Positions 41,304 to 52,035 of a stretch of 64,000 nucleotides of DNA are shown here, piece after piece. Under the pieces are notes generated by a model that saw nothing but the letters and a program-made list of their open reading frames with translations, was not told the DNA's origin and did not search any database. The stretch's first letter is position 1. Every line of letters starts with the position of its first letter. Position numbers and translations under genes: made by a program. The stretch spans positions 160,001 through 224,000 of the forward strand of contig CAXXLX010000002.1 of NCBI GenBank assembly GCA_963665235.2, written 5' to 3'. The DNA is from Candidatus Poribacteria bacterium. GTDB taxonomy: Bacteria > Poribacteria > WGA-4E > WGA-3G.

Positions 41304-43661
41304 CTATCCTAAGGTGTCCTCCTCCGCTAGCTCATAATAACTGGTGTGGCGGCTGTAGTAACCGTAAGATTTGGCATGCTTCGGGTTTATCATGTTACAA
41401 AGTACGCCAATTCCTTTCTTGGGCAAGCCTTGAGTGAGATGCCGGACACCTGCTAAGACATCAGTCCGCCGGGTTTTCGTGATGTCAAACACATAGACGA
41501 TAGCATCGACGTTAGGTGCCAAAATCATCGGGTCAGCGACAGCTCGGACAGGGGGGGAGTCAATGACGATTACATCATATTCAGATTTCGCCAGTTCCAG
41601 CCACTGTGTCATCATCTCCGAGTTGAGCAGCTGAATCGGGTTTGGCGGTACGGCCCCGCCCGATATGAGCTGCAAATTCGGAATATCGGTCGGTTTGACG
41701 GTTGCGTGCAAAACGTCTTCTGCGTTTTCGGTGTTTATATGGATGAGGGCTTCGCTCAATCCCGGTTTGCGAGCTGCACCGCTTGCTACTACCAAGGCTT
41801 CAGAGGCAGTCTCATCTTCTGTAGGAACATCCTGAATCGGTTGTGCTGTTGCAAAAATTTTGTGTTGCGAAGGTCTCCGCATATCCGCATCTATGAGCAG
41901 CACGTTATCCCCGTTTTGGGCGAGTGCTGCCGCTAGGTTGGCAGAGATAGTGCTTTTTCCCTCTCCGCGGGTTGCACTCGTGACAAGAATAGTTCTCACT
42001 TCGCCGCTGGGGTTAAGGAACGGTAATTTCGCTTGGAGAGCCCGAAATGCCTCGGCGGTTTTTGAACGCGGGGCATCGTGAACGATAAGCGGAAGCCGAT
42101 ACGCACGTCTCTTCTTCATTGATGGAATTACGCCTAAAAAACTGGGGGGCTCCGGTAGCGCGTCCAATTGCTCAACAGCCTCCTCTAATCGTAAATAGGT
42201 GTCTTTAAAGTAATTTTTGGCGACAGCGTACGTAAATCCGAGGAGCGCGCCGAGCATCGCTCCTAGAAGGAGATTTAGCTTTTTCTGCGGTTTAACCGGT
42301 TCTTCAGGGAGTCGGGCTTTATCTAAAAAGCTGACACTTTCTGTAAGGGACTGGGCGGTGACCTCCGATTCCATCATCCTTGTTTTCAGGGTGACCACTT
42401 GTGTGCCGAAAATTTCAACGTCGCGTTTGAGTCGAAATAACTCTATTTGCGTCGCTGACCAGCTGCCTAATTTTTCAAGATTCGCTGCAATTTGAGCGGC
42501 GACCTCCGCTTTCTGCTCCTCAAGCCCAATAATGATTGCTTGCCCCTCATTAATTTTTTCTGTAATGACTTGATGTAAAGGGTTGTAAGCGGAGGTTGTG
42601 CTTTTTAGGTCCGGTTCTTCCTCATCGAGACGGGCCCGTGTCTCCTTAATTTTTTCATCGAGGGCGGTAATTTCAGGATGGGCTGTGTCGCCATATTTAC
42701 CGATAAGTGCTTTCCGCTCAATTTCATACTCATTCAGGTTATCTTTGAGTTTGGAATAGGATGGATTTTTTGTGACCGTTTCTGAAATGAGATTTTCCTC
42801 GATATTCTCCAGCTCTTTTTTATAGACATCAATCTTCAATTTAGCCCCTACCAATTGACTTACCAATTCGTTTTCGCTCAATTGGAGTGCCAAAATGCGT
42901 TGTGCTTGTATACTTCCGTCAGCATTTATGGTAATTTCTGGGTTGCGCTTCTGAAATTGTGCGAGCTTCTCTTCAGCAGTTTTCAAGTTGTTTTCGGTTT
43001 CATTCAACATCTGCTGGGGGGCTTCCTTTTCCCACCATCGCATATTTCGGGCTGTTTCGGTTTCGATAGTATCAATAAACACATTCGCAATTCTGTTAGC
43101 TAACTGCTGGGCGCGTTCGGGGGTCCGTTGAAGCAGTGTAATCGTAATGACATTTCCATCTGGGGATTCTTCAACCTTAAGTTGTTCATCAATAAGGGTT
43201 TTAATGAAAAAGTCTTCCCACTCCTGTGGGGTCAGTTCTCCCTGTTCCGTAGTGTCTGTGAGTTTAACATTCAGTCGATTTGCTAGCCACGGGAGCAGCT
43301 GTCCACGGTGAATAGGTTCCGGTTCCAAAATTCCCTCTGCTCGCAGCTGCTGAACAGCGGGGGTAATAATGGTGTCTCGGGATTGTAGCAGCGCGGCGTA
43401 GACCCCGCCAGATTTGCCGCCGAGGAACCCGGATAGCGGTAGCTGCGATAGGAGCGAAGTTGCTTGTTGGTTATCGAGGAGGCGAAGGGTTGTTTCTGAT
43501 TTGTAAACTGGCGCGGTGAGGTCTGTTACGACAAACGCCGCGAAAACGGTGAACAAAAAAATAAAAAGAACACTCCACTTATTCCGAAAGAGAATCCAAA
43601 AATAGTTTGATAATCGAATTTCTGTAATTTCTTCAAGTTGCTTGTCTGTTGTTTCTGACAT
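41304..43661 (-). CDS. wzc: Wzc-like polysaccharide co-polymerase/tyrosine kinase
   Basis: Wzz N-terminus, coiled coil, GEGKST, IDADMRRP, DSPP, Tyr-rich tail. Confidence 0.9.
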   Translation of the reverse strand: MSETTDKQLEEITEIRLSNYFWILFRNKWSVLFIFLFTVFAAFVVTDLTAPVYKSETTLRLLDNQQATSLLSQLPLSGFLGGKSGGVYAALLQSRDTIITPAVQQLRAEGILEPEPIHRGQLLPWLANRLNVKLTDTTEQGELTPQEWEDFFIKTLIDEQLKVEESPDGNVITITLLQRTPERAQQLANRIANVFIDTIETETARNMRWWEKEAPQQMLNETENNLKTAEEKLAQFQKRNPEITINADGSIQAQRILALQLSENELVSQLVGAKLKIDVYKKELENIEENLISETVTKNPSYSKLKDNLNEYEIERKALIGKYGDTAHPEITALDEKIKETRARLDEEEPDLKSTTSAYNPLHQVITEKINEGQAIIIGLEEQKAEVAAQIAANLEKLGSWSATQIELFRLKRDVEIFGTQVVTLKTRMMESEVTAQSLTESVSFLDKARLPEEPVKPQKKLNLLLGAMLGALLGFTYAVAKNYFKDTYLRLEEAVEQLDALPEPPSFLGVIPSMKKRRAYRLPLIVHDAPRSKTAEAFRALQAKLPFLNPSGEVRTILVTSATRGEGKSTISANLAAALAQNGDNVLLIDADMRRPSQHKIFATAQPIQDVPTEDETASEALVVASGAARKPGLSEALIHINTENAEDVLHATVKPTDIPNLQLISGGAVPPNPIQLLNSEMMTQWLELAKSEYDVIVIDSPPVRAVADPMILAPNVDAIVYVFDITKTRRTDVLAGVRHLTQGLPKKGIGVLCNMINPKHAKSYGYYSRHTSYYELAEEDTLG

Positions 43662-43734
43662 AATTAACCTCATGTTCTCGATGAACGCACCAGTGTGTAC
43701 GTAAAAAATGGAAGAAAGAAGAGATGTCTTTCCG

Positions 43735-44958
43735 CTATCTATATCTCAGCCAAACACTCACAACAAGGTTTGTCAACGAGGCAGCGAAAGATAGCACACG
43801 CCAGTCGATACGTGTCCGTTCCAAGATTCGGAGCTGATCATTTGGATTCAGGTAAATCTCGGATTGTACTATGTTGTAGTTAAGCTCCTCTTGGGTCCCA
43901 TCAGCACGTGTAAGGATACATTTTTTAGGGTTGGCTTTCTCTTCGTTCAATCCACCCGCCATTGCGACAGCATCTCTTAAAAGCGTTGGTTCTGTGATGA
44001 CATATTGCCCGGGCCTATCCACGGCACCAACAACGCCTATTTTTGCTTCCGCCAACGGAACATATAAGGTATCCCCTGGTCCCAACTTAGCTTCCGAGTC
44101 TGTTCCTGTCAAATCGACCGGTTTATGTCCAGTGTTAGTGACAATTTCTGCCTTCTTCAAATCGGCGAAGTCTGCTCTGGACCCGCCTGCAAGTTTTAAG
44201 GCGCGCGTTGCGGTAATCTGCTGCGTTGCTAACGGAATCGGGTAGAGGCCAGGGGCGGTTACTGCGCCTATCACACGAATTCGTCTTTGGGCGTAAACAG
44301 ATGGGACGATGACAATATCGTAATCTTTTAGGGGAATATCGCCTTTGCCGGTCTCAAGCAGCTCCAAAAAATTTACCTCTTTGTGCCGTTCTCCGTCACG
44401 CCAGACAGTAATTTTCGTCAGGTCGGCGATTTCATAGTTGATACCCGCGGATGCTAAGGCGTGCATCAGATACACCTGCCCCGCACTAAAAACATGCAAA
44501 TTGCCCCGTGGTCGCAATTCAACTGCGCCGAACACCAAAATGTTCCGCCTGGGTTGCATAAGCGTTACAAAGACACGGACACTCGGCAGTTTTGCGGAGA
44601 AGGCACGTTGCATTTCTGCTTCCAGCTCAGAAACCGTTAAACCGATTGCCTTGATAAGTCCAATTAGCGGATAGGAAATATAACCATCCGGTTGAACCGG
44701 AACAGCCGTTCGCTCTTTGCTATATTCGGGATACCCTTCCACTGTAACGACGATGCTGTCCCCAACCTGCAATTTATAAGTGGATACCCCCGGTACTTCT
44801 CCGCTGCTAATGACAATGTTCTCGGCATCGGCATCTATCTCGGAAACCTCTGTGCTGTTAGCAGCAACGTCCTTGACATCGGCATCCACCGCCGTAAAGT
44901 TCGGCAGTGCCAAAATTAGCAGGATAAGTCCTAAGCGTAAGTATAAAAACGTATTCAT
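43735..44958 (-). CDS. wza: Polysaccharide export protein with SLBB domains
   Basis: Y.L..GD, VQPDGYISYPLIG, repeated GAV..PG. Confidence 0.85.
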   Translation of the reverse strand: MNTFLYLRLGLILLILALPNFTAVDADVKDVAANSTEVSEIDADAENIVISSGEVPGVSTYKLQVGDSIVVTVEGYPEYSKERTAVPVQPDGYISYPLIGLIKAIGLTVSELEAEMQRAFSAKLPSVRVFVTLMQPRRNILVFGAVELRPRGNLHVFSAGQVYLMHALASAGINYEIADLTKITVWRDGERHKEVNFLELLETGKGDIPLKDYDIVIVPSVYAQRRIRVIGAVTAPGLYPIPLATQQITATRALKLAGGSRADFADLKKAEIVTNTGHKPVDLTGTDSEAKLGPGDTLYVPLAEAKIGVVGAVDRPGQYVITEPTLLRDAVAMAGGLNEEKANPKKCILTRADGTQEELNYNIVQSEIYLNPNDQLRILERTRIDWRVLSFAASLTNLVVSVWLRYR

Positions 44959-45110
44959 TAAATTTAAATCAACCTTTTTCGGTTGCGCGTCTCGCGCGCG
45001 GTTCTATACGTAAAATTTATCTGTTTGTTACTTTGTTGCTGTTTGGATGCAAATTCTTCAAATTATTTTAGCAAATCTCTATCAAAAATGCAAGTGAAAA
45101 GCATTTGCAG

Positions 45111-45610
45111 AGGTGTGTAAAGTTTTTGGACAAAACCGGTGGAAATGTTACACTTTTGACACAAAGTGTAACATTTGGTTCTCGGTTCTGAATGTGTCTG
45201 AACGCACGCCACGTCTATGTTTATAGGCGATTTACCCCTATATTTTTCGCAACACAAAAAAAACGCGTTGTGCCATTTTGGCTGCCGGTTTTCGGTTATC
45301 ACTCCTGCCTACTTTTGTGTGCTGTTCTGGTGTAAATGTTACACTTTTGACACAAAGTGTGACATTCGGTTCTCGGTGGTGGATGTTCCTGAACGCCTGC
45401 CCCGTCTATGTTCGTAAGCGGTTTTGACCCACCTTGGACGATTTCAAAAAAATGAAATGTCACACTTTCGCTATCGGTGGCTAATCAGGTGAGTTGCAAA
45501 CCGTGCCGCTTTCCTCCGAAAAATGTTTTGGTTCTCTGTTATGTTAGTTGCGAACTGTTTGATTTTTCTTCATAAAAAATATCGCAGCCGTACAAAAACT
45601 TTACACACCC
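45111..45610. mobile_element. MITE family D copy with an internal duplicated palindrome
   Basis: TIRs; AATGTTACACTTT-TGACAC-AAAGTGTRACATT at about 45144 and 45335. Confidence 0.65.
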
Positions 45611-45618
45611 GTCTGATT

Positions 45619-46237
45619 GGGTGCGTAAAATTTTTGTACTTAACGCGAGCTTGATAATAAATGTCCGTTTGTGCTAACCTCTATAAAGATATCGTCCTTG
45701 AGGAGCGGGAAACCGTTTGCCCGAATACTGGGACTAAGAAGCGTTGGGAAAACGGTTATCTATAAAGATATCGTCCTTGAGGAGCGGGAAACCGTTTGCC
45801 CGAATACTGGGACTAAAGAAACTTTTTTTCAAACTCACGTTGTACTTAACGTGTTATGTAGGAGCGTGCTGGGCACGCGATACCTTTCTAGATAGGCGGA
45901 CATCTCTTAAACTCCGCGTCTTCCGCGTTCTCCGCGATAATCCGCGATTTGTGGCGTACTCGCCCAAATGCGACGTGCATTCAGACAAAAAAACCCTAAA
46001 ACTATAATCACAAAACTTGGATTGTTACGCATCGGACACTCCGCGAAATCCGTGTTCTCCGTGTCATCTGCGATTCAGACAGCACAAGCGAAATCCACTC
46101 TTCCACTCTTCCTCTTCCACTCTTCCATCCTTCCATCTTTCCACCCTTCCATCTTTCCATCCTTCCACTCTTCCATCCTTCCACTCTTCCACCCTTCCAC
46201 CCTTCCCACTATCATAGTACAAAAACTTTACACACTC
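45619..46237. mobile_element. MITE family D copy containing family A MITE 45642-45841 (TSD GTACTT)
   Basis: Nested TIR pairs; CTTCCAYY octamer run. Confidence 0.75.
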
Positions 46238-46288
46238 CTGTTAAAAATGATTGTTGCTTTAAGATGTGAATTATGCTAATATAATTTT

Positions 46289-47350
46289 GTGAACTTAAAA
46301 GCTGTTTTTGCACAACTTCAAGGTAAACAGGTGATGGTTATCGGTGATATTATCCTGGACGAGTATATTTGGGGAGATGTGAACCGAATTTCGCCTGAAG
46401 CCCCCGTACCCGTGTTTGACATGACCGCGAAGGAGACTGGCTGTGGAGGCGCAGCGAACGTCGCTCAGAATATTGCCAAGTTGGGAGGCAAGGCAGAACT
46501 GGTCGGTGTTATCGGGAAAGACAGGGAGGGCGAAAAGCTGCACCAGATGGTTACCGCTATGGATATAGGTACCACCGGTATCTGTATGGATATCCAGCGT
46601 CCGACGAGTACGAAAACGCGTGTGATTGCTTACGCGGATACTCCGAGTCGTTCGCGGTCGCGCGGGAATTCATCGTTGCCTCCGGGGCATCATCTGCTCC
46701 GTATTGACAGAGAGTCGAAGCAGGAGGCTTCTGCTGTCCTGCGGGAGCGGCTGTTAGCGGCTGTTCTTGCAAAATTACCGGAGAGCGATGCGGTTATTTT
46801 TTCGGACTACGATAAGGGTGTTGTGAGTCCGGCACTTATTGGGGCAGTTGTAGCGCGGGCGCAGCCTGAAGATATACCGATAATCGTAGACCCGAAGCGG
46901 AATAACTTCTGGGACTATGAAGGCGTAACTGCGCTTACGCCAAATCATAAGGAGGCAGGCGCGGCGGTTGGGGAAGAAATCGCGGATGTGTCGCACCTCG
47001 TTGCTGTTGGTGAGAAAATTTTAGCCCGGTTATCCCTCAAAACGTTGTTAATTACGCGTGATGCGGAGGGAATGTCCCTATTTCAGCGTGATGCAGCGGG
47101 GGCATTACAGGTGGAACATCTGCCGCCACACGTTCTCAGAGTGACAGACGTGACAGGGGCGGGGGATACCGTTGCTGCTGTCTTCACGCTTGCGCTTGCA
47201 GCTCACGTTGATTTCCGCAGTGCGGCCCTGTTGTCAAACCTTGCGGCGGGTATTGTCGTTGGAAAAATGGGATGCGCCGCTGTTACGCCTGAAGAGCTGC
47301 TGCATGCAATTGAAACGTTGAAAAGCAGCGATATGGAGACCGCACTATGA
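46289..47350 (+). CDS. rfaE1: D-glycero-D-manno-heptose-7-phosphate kinase (RfaE domain I)
   Basis: RISPEAPVPV, GGAANVA, SDYDKG, DVTGAGD. Confidence 0.92.
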   Translation: MNLKAVFAQLQGKQVMVIGDIILDEYIWGDVNRISPEAPVPVFDMTAKETGCGGAANVAQNIAKLGGKAELVGVIGKDREGEKLHQMVTAMDIGTTGICMDIQRPTSTKTRVIAYADTPSRSRSRGNSSLPPGHHLLRIDRESKQEASAVLRERLLAAVLAKLPESDAVIFSDYDKGVVSPALIGAVVARAQPEDIPIIVDPKRNNFWDYEGVTALTPNHKEAGAAVGEEIADVSHLVAVGEKILARLSLKTLLITRDAEGMSLFQRDAAGALQVEHLPPHVLRVTDVTGAGDTVAAVFTLALAAHVDFRSAALLSNLAAGIVVGKMGCAAVTPEELLHAIETLKSSDMETAL

Positions 47351-47907
47351 GAACGGTTTTTCTTGACCGGGATGGCGTTATCAATGTGAGTCTACCCAAT
47401 AAAGGCTATGTCCGGAGCTGGGCAGACTTTACGTTTATCCGGAATGCCAAGGAAGCAATCCGCACCTTGACCGAAAGCGGTTTTCGGATTATTGTGATAA
47501 CCAATCAATCCGGCATCGGGAGAGGGTTTTTCACCGAGCCTCAGCTAATAGACATTCATCAGCAGATGTCTGCCGAAATCACAACGGCAGGGGGTCAGCT
47601 TCATGCTATCTATTACTGTCCACACACCCCTGAAGTCGGATGCCCCTGTAGAAAACCGAAGCCGGGTATGCTAATACGCGCAGCACAGGAACATGATATA
47701 GACCTGTCAAAAGCATACTTCATTGGCGACTTTATTACTGATATTGAGGCGGGGAGAAGTGCTGGCGTATCGCCTCTATTGGTTTTAACAGGACACGGCC
47801 GGAATACGTACCGGCGTTATATATCTAACACACAACCCCCTAAAACGCGGACACCCGACAAAATTTTCCAGGACCTTTACGCAGCAGCACACTGGTTAAC
47901 GCAATAG
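47347..47907 (+). CDS. gmhB: Heptose 1,7-bisphosphate phosphatase
   Basis: FLDRDGVIN, TNQSG, CPH..C.CRKP. Confidence 0.93.
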   Translation: MRTVFLDRDGVINVSLPNKGYVRSWADFTFIRNAKEAIRTLTESGFRIIVITNQSGIGRGFFTEPQLIDIHQQMSAEITTAGGQLHAIYYCPHTPEVGCPCRKPKPGMLIRAAQEHDIDLSKAYFIGDFITDIEAGRSAGVSPLLVLTGHGRNTYRRYISNTQPPKTRTPDKIFQDLYAAAHWLTQ

Positions 47908-47978
47908 CTAGCGGGTTGTTTTCGGGACGTTATTATTCGAAAACAACGTTTTCGTGAACTGCTGTCAATTAATTAATT

Positions 47979-48546
47979 CTAAACTTTGGACAATTTTAGG
48001 GGGCGTAACTTTATTGTCAAAGGGATAGGTGGAAGAATGGAAGGGTGGAAGGGTGGAAGGGTGGAAGGGTGGAGTTTGCTTTTTTTGTCTGAATCACGGA
48101 AGGCACAGAGGCCGCAGAGGACGCGGAAAGAAGAGGGGTTTGGCTAAAATCTATAAAGATACCGCCCCGCTGGGGCTAGTTTGTGGTGTGGTTGTGTTTT
48201 CTATAAAGATACCGCCCCGCTGGGGCTAGTTTGTGGTGTGGTTGTGTTTTCTATAAAGATACCGCCCCGCTGGGGCTAGTTTGTGGTGTGGTTGTGTTTT
48301 CTATAAAGATACCGCCCCGCTGGGGCTAGTTTGTGGTGTGGTTGTGTTTTCTATAAAGATACCGCCCCGCTGGGGCTAGTTTGTGGTGTGGTTGTGTTTT
48401 CTATAAAGATACCGCCCCGCTGGGGCTGCGCTTCCGAGCATTCGAGTCTATTTTCTACAAGTTGCCCGTGTGTGAGCAACTTTGAGAAAAATCAGAAATG
48501 CTTTGAAAATCGGGGATCCACCGGACAGATATTGTCCAAACTATAG
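47979..48546. mobile_element. MITE family E copy 1 with 50-bp tandem REP array (48151-48427)
   Basis: TIR CTAAACTTTGGACAAT / ATTGTCCAAACTATAG, TSD TAATTAATT. Confidence 0.82.
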
Positions 48547-48646
48547 TAATTAATTGTTGACACAAGTTTGTGTATGTTATATCATTATTACCTATAGGGC
48601 TTGCATGCAGTGCAATCAGCGCGCGGCGACAAGAATGGTAACGTTA

Positions 48647-48922
48647 CTGAACTTTGGACAATTTTAGGGAGGCACAACGTTTTTGTCAAACGGATAGGTG
48701 GAAGAATGGAAGGGTGGAAGAGGGGAAGAGGGGAAGCGGGTTTTGACGCGCAGCAGAGATAGGCTTAGCATCACAACCCTCTTACTAACGGTTTCCAACG
48801 GTTTCCAACATTCTATAAACATTCCGCTTTCTACGAGTTGGACTTGTGTGAGGAACTTAGAGAAAAATCAGAAATGCTTTGTGCATCGGGTATCAACCGG
48901 ACAGATATTGTCCAAAATAGAG
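48647..48922. mobile_element. MITE family E copy 2
   Basis: Same TIRs and subterminal blocks, TSD TAACGTTA. Confidence 0.8.
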
Positions 48923-48969
48923 TAACGTTAGAGAACAATTAGAAATTTTCAAAAATTTGGAGGGCACTT

Positions 48970-50553
48970 ATGGCAAAACCTGAGCTAAAATCGCAGATAC
49001 GCCGGGAACAGCTTATCTGGTTTCTTGCCACTCTTTTAAATGAACGCGAAATTTGTGAGTTGTTAATGCACACCGATTTAATCACCGATCCGGACCGGTT
49101 GTATTCCTGTTCGAAACAACAACTGCTGGGCAGTTTAACCAACGCGTTTTTCAGGCAATCGCGTATTGACGAGGTAGTGACAGAGCACTTATCGCAAAAG
49201 GCGGAGGCAGCAATTGAGCGAGTCGGCTATATGGTTGTCGAAGAGATACATAAATTTTTCAGGTCTCCGGATGTCCTGATTGAGGCGGGTGAGTTCGGTG
49301 AAGTGGTATGGGCCCTTATAGCCGATCCACGCGAGGCTGTGTATGCACACGGGTATCACCTCCTGACGACTGCCTACGGGGCACACAACGCATCATCGGT
49401 TGCTGTGTCTCCACCGCCAGAAGCCGTATCTATAGAAACGCACGCCGTGCAGCCTATAGAAGCGGCGGTTGAAAAAATACGGACAAAATATGAGCAGGAT
49501 TTGGAAACCCACCGAGGTGAAATAGATGAACGTGATGGCGAGATTGAACGTCTTGAACGTACACTTACACACCTAAAAGGGCAGTCTACCGTTGTTGAAA
49601 AAAGAAACAAGCGGCTTGAACAGCACTGCCAATTCCTCGTTGAAGAAAACGAGGCGTTGAAGGCAAAAGAAAACGCGTATCAAGAAAGCGAAAAACGCAT
49701 CAATACTTTACAACAAGAAAATCTGCAACTTCAGGAAAAAGCGGCACAGGATGCTAAGGCGAATGAAAGACTCGGGCAATTGGAGTCTGAACATCAGGAA
49801 TTGTTGGCTGAAAAAGAGCGTCTCACAGCACAGTTCCAGGAAGTTGAACAAATCAAAGCAGTGAAAGAGACCTTCACCGTCGAGCTGAAACTCGTTGAGG
49901 AAGCCGTTTACAAAGAATACCAAGCCTTAGACCAACTCAAAACCGATTTACTGGGGCACTTCGACATCGTTGAAAAATCGTACGAAGCCTCTCGAACTGC
50001 CCTCAATCAGATTCGTCAAACCGTGAACACTTTGGATGAGCCGCAATTTACTCAGGTAGAGGACAATGTGGATACGCCAACGCAACCGCGCGTTGGTGTT
50101 TTCGTCGATGTGCAAAACATGTTCTATGCTGCGAAAGATAGGTTTGAACGTCGCGTTGATTACATCAAACTGCTAGATCTGATAGTCGGTCCCCGCCAAC
50201 TTATAGCCGCTTACGCTTACATCGTCCAGATTCCAGAAATTGACCAATCCAATTTCTTCTCGCTGCTAGAGCATAACGGTTACACAATTCGTAGCAAAGA
50301 TTTACGGCTACGAGGCGATGGCTCAGCAAAAGGAGATTGGGATGTCGGAATTGCTGTGGATGTGGTTTCTATGCTCGGAACTTTAGATGTTGTAATTTTA
50401 GCGAGCGGTGATGGGGATTTCTGTCCACTCGCTGAACTGATTAAACAGCAACATAAACGGATAGAGGTAGTTGCGTTTGAGCACAACACCTCCATGGATT
50501 TGCAAGCAGTTGCCGACCAATTTTTCCCAATCGGCGAGGAATTGCTGATGTAG
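48970..50553 (+). CDS. Coiled-coil protein with C-terminal NYN (LabA/DUF88) domain
   Basis: FVDVQN, KGDWDV, SGDGDF, AD.F motifs. Confidence 0.87.
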   Translation: MAKPELKSQIRREQLIWFLATLLNEREICELLMHTDLITDPDRLYSCSKQQLLGSLTNAFFRQSRIDEVVTEHLSQKAEAAIERVGYMVVEEIHKFFRSPDVLIEAGEFGEVVWALIADPREAVYAHGYHLLTTAYGAHNASSVAVSPPPEAVSIETHAVQPIEAAVEKIRTKYEQDLETHRGEIDERDGEIERLERTLTHLKGQSTVVEKRNKRLEQHCQFLVEENEALKAKENAYQESEKRINTLQQENLQLQEKAAQDAKANERLGQLESEHQELLAEKERLTAQFQEVEQIKAVKETFTVELKLVEEAVYKEYQALDQLKTDLLGHFDIVEKSYEASRTALNQIRQTVNTLDEPQFTQVEDNVDTPTQPRVGVFVDVQNMFYAAKDRFERRVDYIKLLDLIVGPRQLIAAYAYIVQIPEIDQSNFFSLLEHNGYTIRSKDLRLRGDGSAKGDWDVGIAVDVVSMLGTLDVVILASGDGDFCPLAELIKQQHKRIEVVAFEHNTSMDLQAVADQFFPIGEELLM

Positions 50554-50589
50554 CTGTCTTAATTTAACTATTGCGGAGGAAAATTTGTA

Positions 50590-52035
50590 ATGTTGAGACA
50601 TCGTACCCGTGCATTACGGAACGGTTTTGGGGAGAAGTGCTGGTCTGTTTTTCGCGGCGGTCTTTTTTTTACGTTCTGCTTCTTCATCAGTTTTACCTCT
50701 GCTCAACCTGAGTGGGTGCCGGAGGTAAATCTGCCAATATGTACCGCTGAAAATGCACAACATTTTCCGCAGCTAACCTCTGATGGTGCGGATGGCGTTA
50801 TTGTTACGTGGCGCGACGCACGCAACGGAAATCAGGATATTTATGCCCAACGTGTTAATAGTAAAGGCGAGATAGTCTGGACACCTGACGGTATCGCTAT
50901 TTGTAAACACCCGGCTTTTCAAAGCGACCCTACGATTGTCGAGGACAGGAGGGGTGGGGCAATCGTTGTCTGGGGAGATATGCGTAACGGTAAGCACGAC
51001 AGTTTTGCACAACGTATCAATGCGGATGGTGAGAAATTGTGGGCTCCTGAAGGCGCGCCGGTCTGTACAGAGCCGGCCTTACAAAACGATTTTACAGCTA
51101 TCGCAGATGGAAACGGCGGGGTGATTGTTGTCTGGGAAGATTGGCGCGCTGGTAATCAAGATATCTATGCCCAAAAAATATCGGCTGATGGACAAGCGGT
51201 CTGGAAACAGGACGGTATTGCTGTCCATCGCGGAGAAGGTCACCAATATGACCCCGCTTTAATCAGTGATGGCGCAGGTGGGGCAATTTTCGTCTGGTGG
51301 GACATCAGCCCCCCGGATTGGAACGTCTTTGCACAGCGGATTGATAGTAGTGGCAATGTTGTGTGGAATTTACCGACACCTGTCTGCACAGCCCCCGGTA
51401 ACCAGGGCGCACCTACTATTGTTTCCAATGGAAATGGGGGTGCATTCTGTGTGTGGTTAGACTATAGAAACGATCCGAATTCTTACACGATTGCCAAACT
51501 CTATGTACAACACATAGCAGCGGATGGGTCTACCTTATGGCAGAAGGATGGTATCCCGATTTGCGACCCCGGTTCCAATCAACAGCAACCTAGCTGCATC
51601 AGCGATGGCGAAGGGGGATTTATCGTCGCGTGGTGGGACGACCGAGATGTCTTCTCCGACATTTATGCCCAACGTGTCAACCCATCAGGTAAGATGCTGT
51701 GGAAGGCTACAGGCGTGCCGGTTTGCACTGCCGGGGGCGTTCAACAGGTTCCGCAGCTTGTTTCTGATGGTGCAGGCGGGGCAATCGCTTACTGGCTTGA
51801 CTATCGGGAAGATTTCGGAAATACCACGGAGGATGCTATCTATGCACAACGGATTAATGCTGCCGGTAAACCGCTTTGGAAAAAGGACGGTGTGCCTGTC
51901 TGCACCGCAAAGGGAGAGCAGATTTCCCCGAAGGCTGTTTCAATCGGGATTGGTGGTGCAATTGTCGTTTGGAGCGATGCCCGCGGAGGTAATGGCAAGA
52001 ACGATATCTATATGCAGCTGGCGATTGGCAATTAG
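50590..52035 (+). CDS. Secreted repeat protein, probable beta-propeller
   Basis: About 7 SDG.GG.I..W.D.R...DIYAQR repeats. Confidence 0.8.
   Translation: MLRHRTRALRNGFGEKCWSVFRGGLFFTFCFFISFTSAQPEWVPEVNLPICTAENAQHFPQLTSDGADGVIVTWRDARNGNQDIYAQRVNSKGEIVWTPDGIAICKHPAFQSDPTIVEDRRGGAIVVWGDMRNGKHDSFAQRINADGEKLWAPEGAPVCTEPALQNDFTAIADGNGGVIVVWEDWRAGNQDIYAQKISADGQAVWKQDGIAVHRGEGHQYDPALISDGAGGAIFVWWDISPPDWNVFAQRIDSSGNVVWNLPTPVCTAPGNQGAPTIVSNGNGGAFCVWLDYRNDPNSYTIAKLYVQHIAADGSTLWQKDGIPICDPGSNQQQPSCISDGEGGFIVAWWDDRDVFSDIYAQRVNPSGKMLWKATGVPVCTAGGVQQVPQLVSDGAGGAIAYWLDYREDFGNTTEDAIYAQRINAAGKPLWKKDGVPVCTAKGEQISPKAVSIGIGGAIVVWSDARGGNGKNDIYMQLAIGN

Noticed and set aside
37447-46237. TSD for MITE family D
   Set aside because: No consistent duplication could be read, so only the TIRs are claimed
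48151-48427. CRISPR-like array
   Set aside because: Units are identical 50-mers with no unique spacers; a REP tandem inside a MITE
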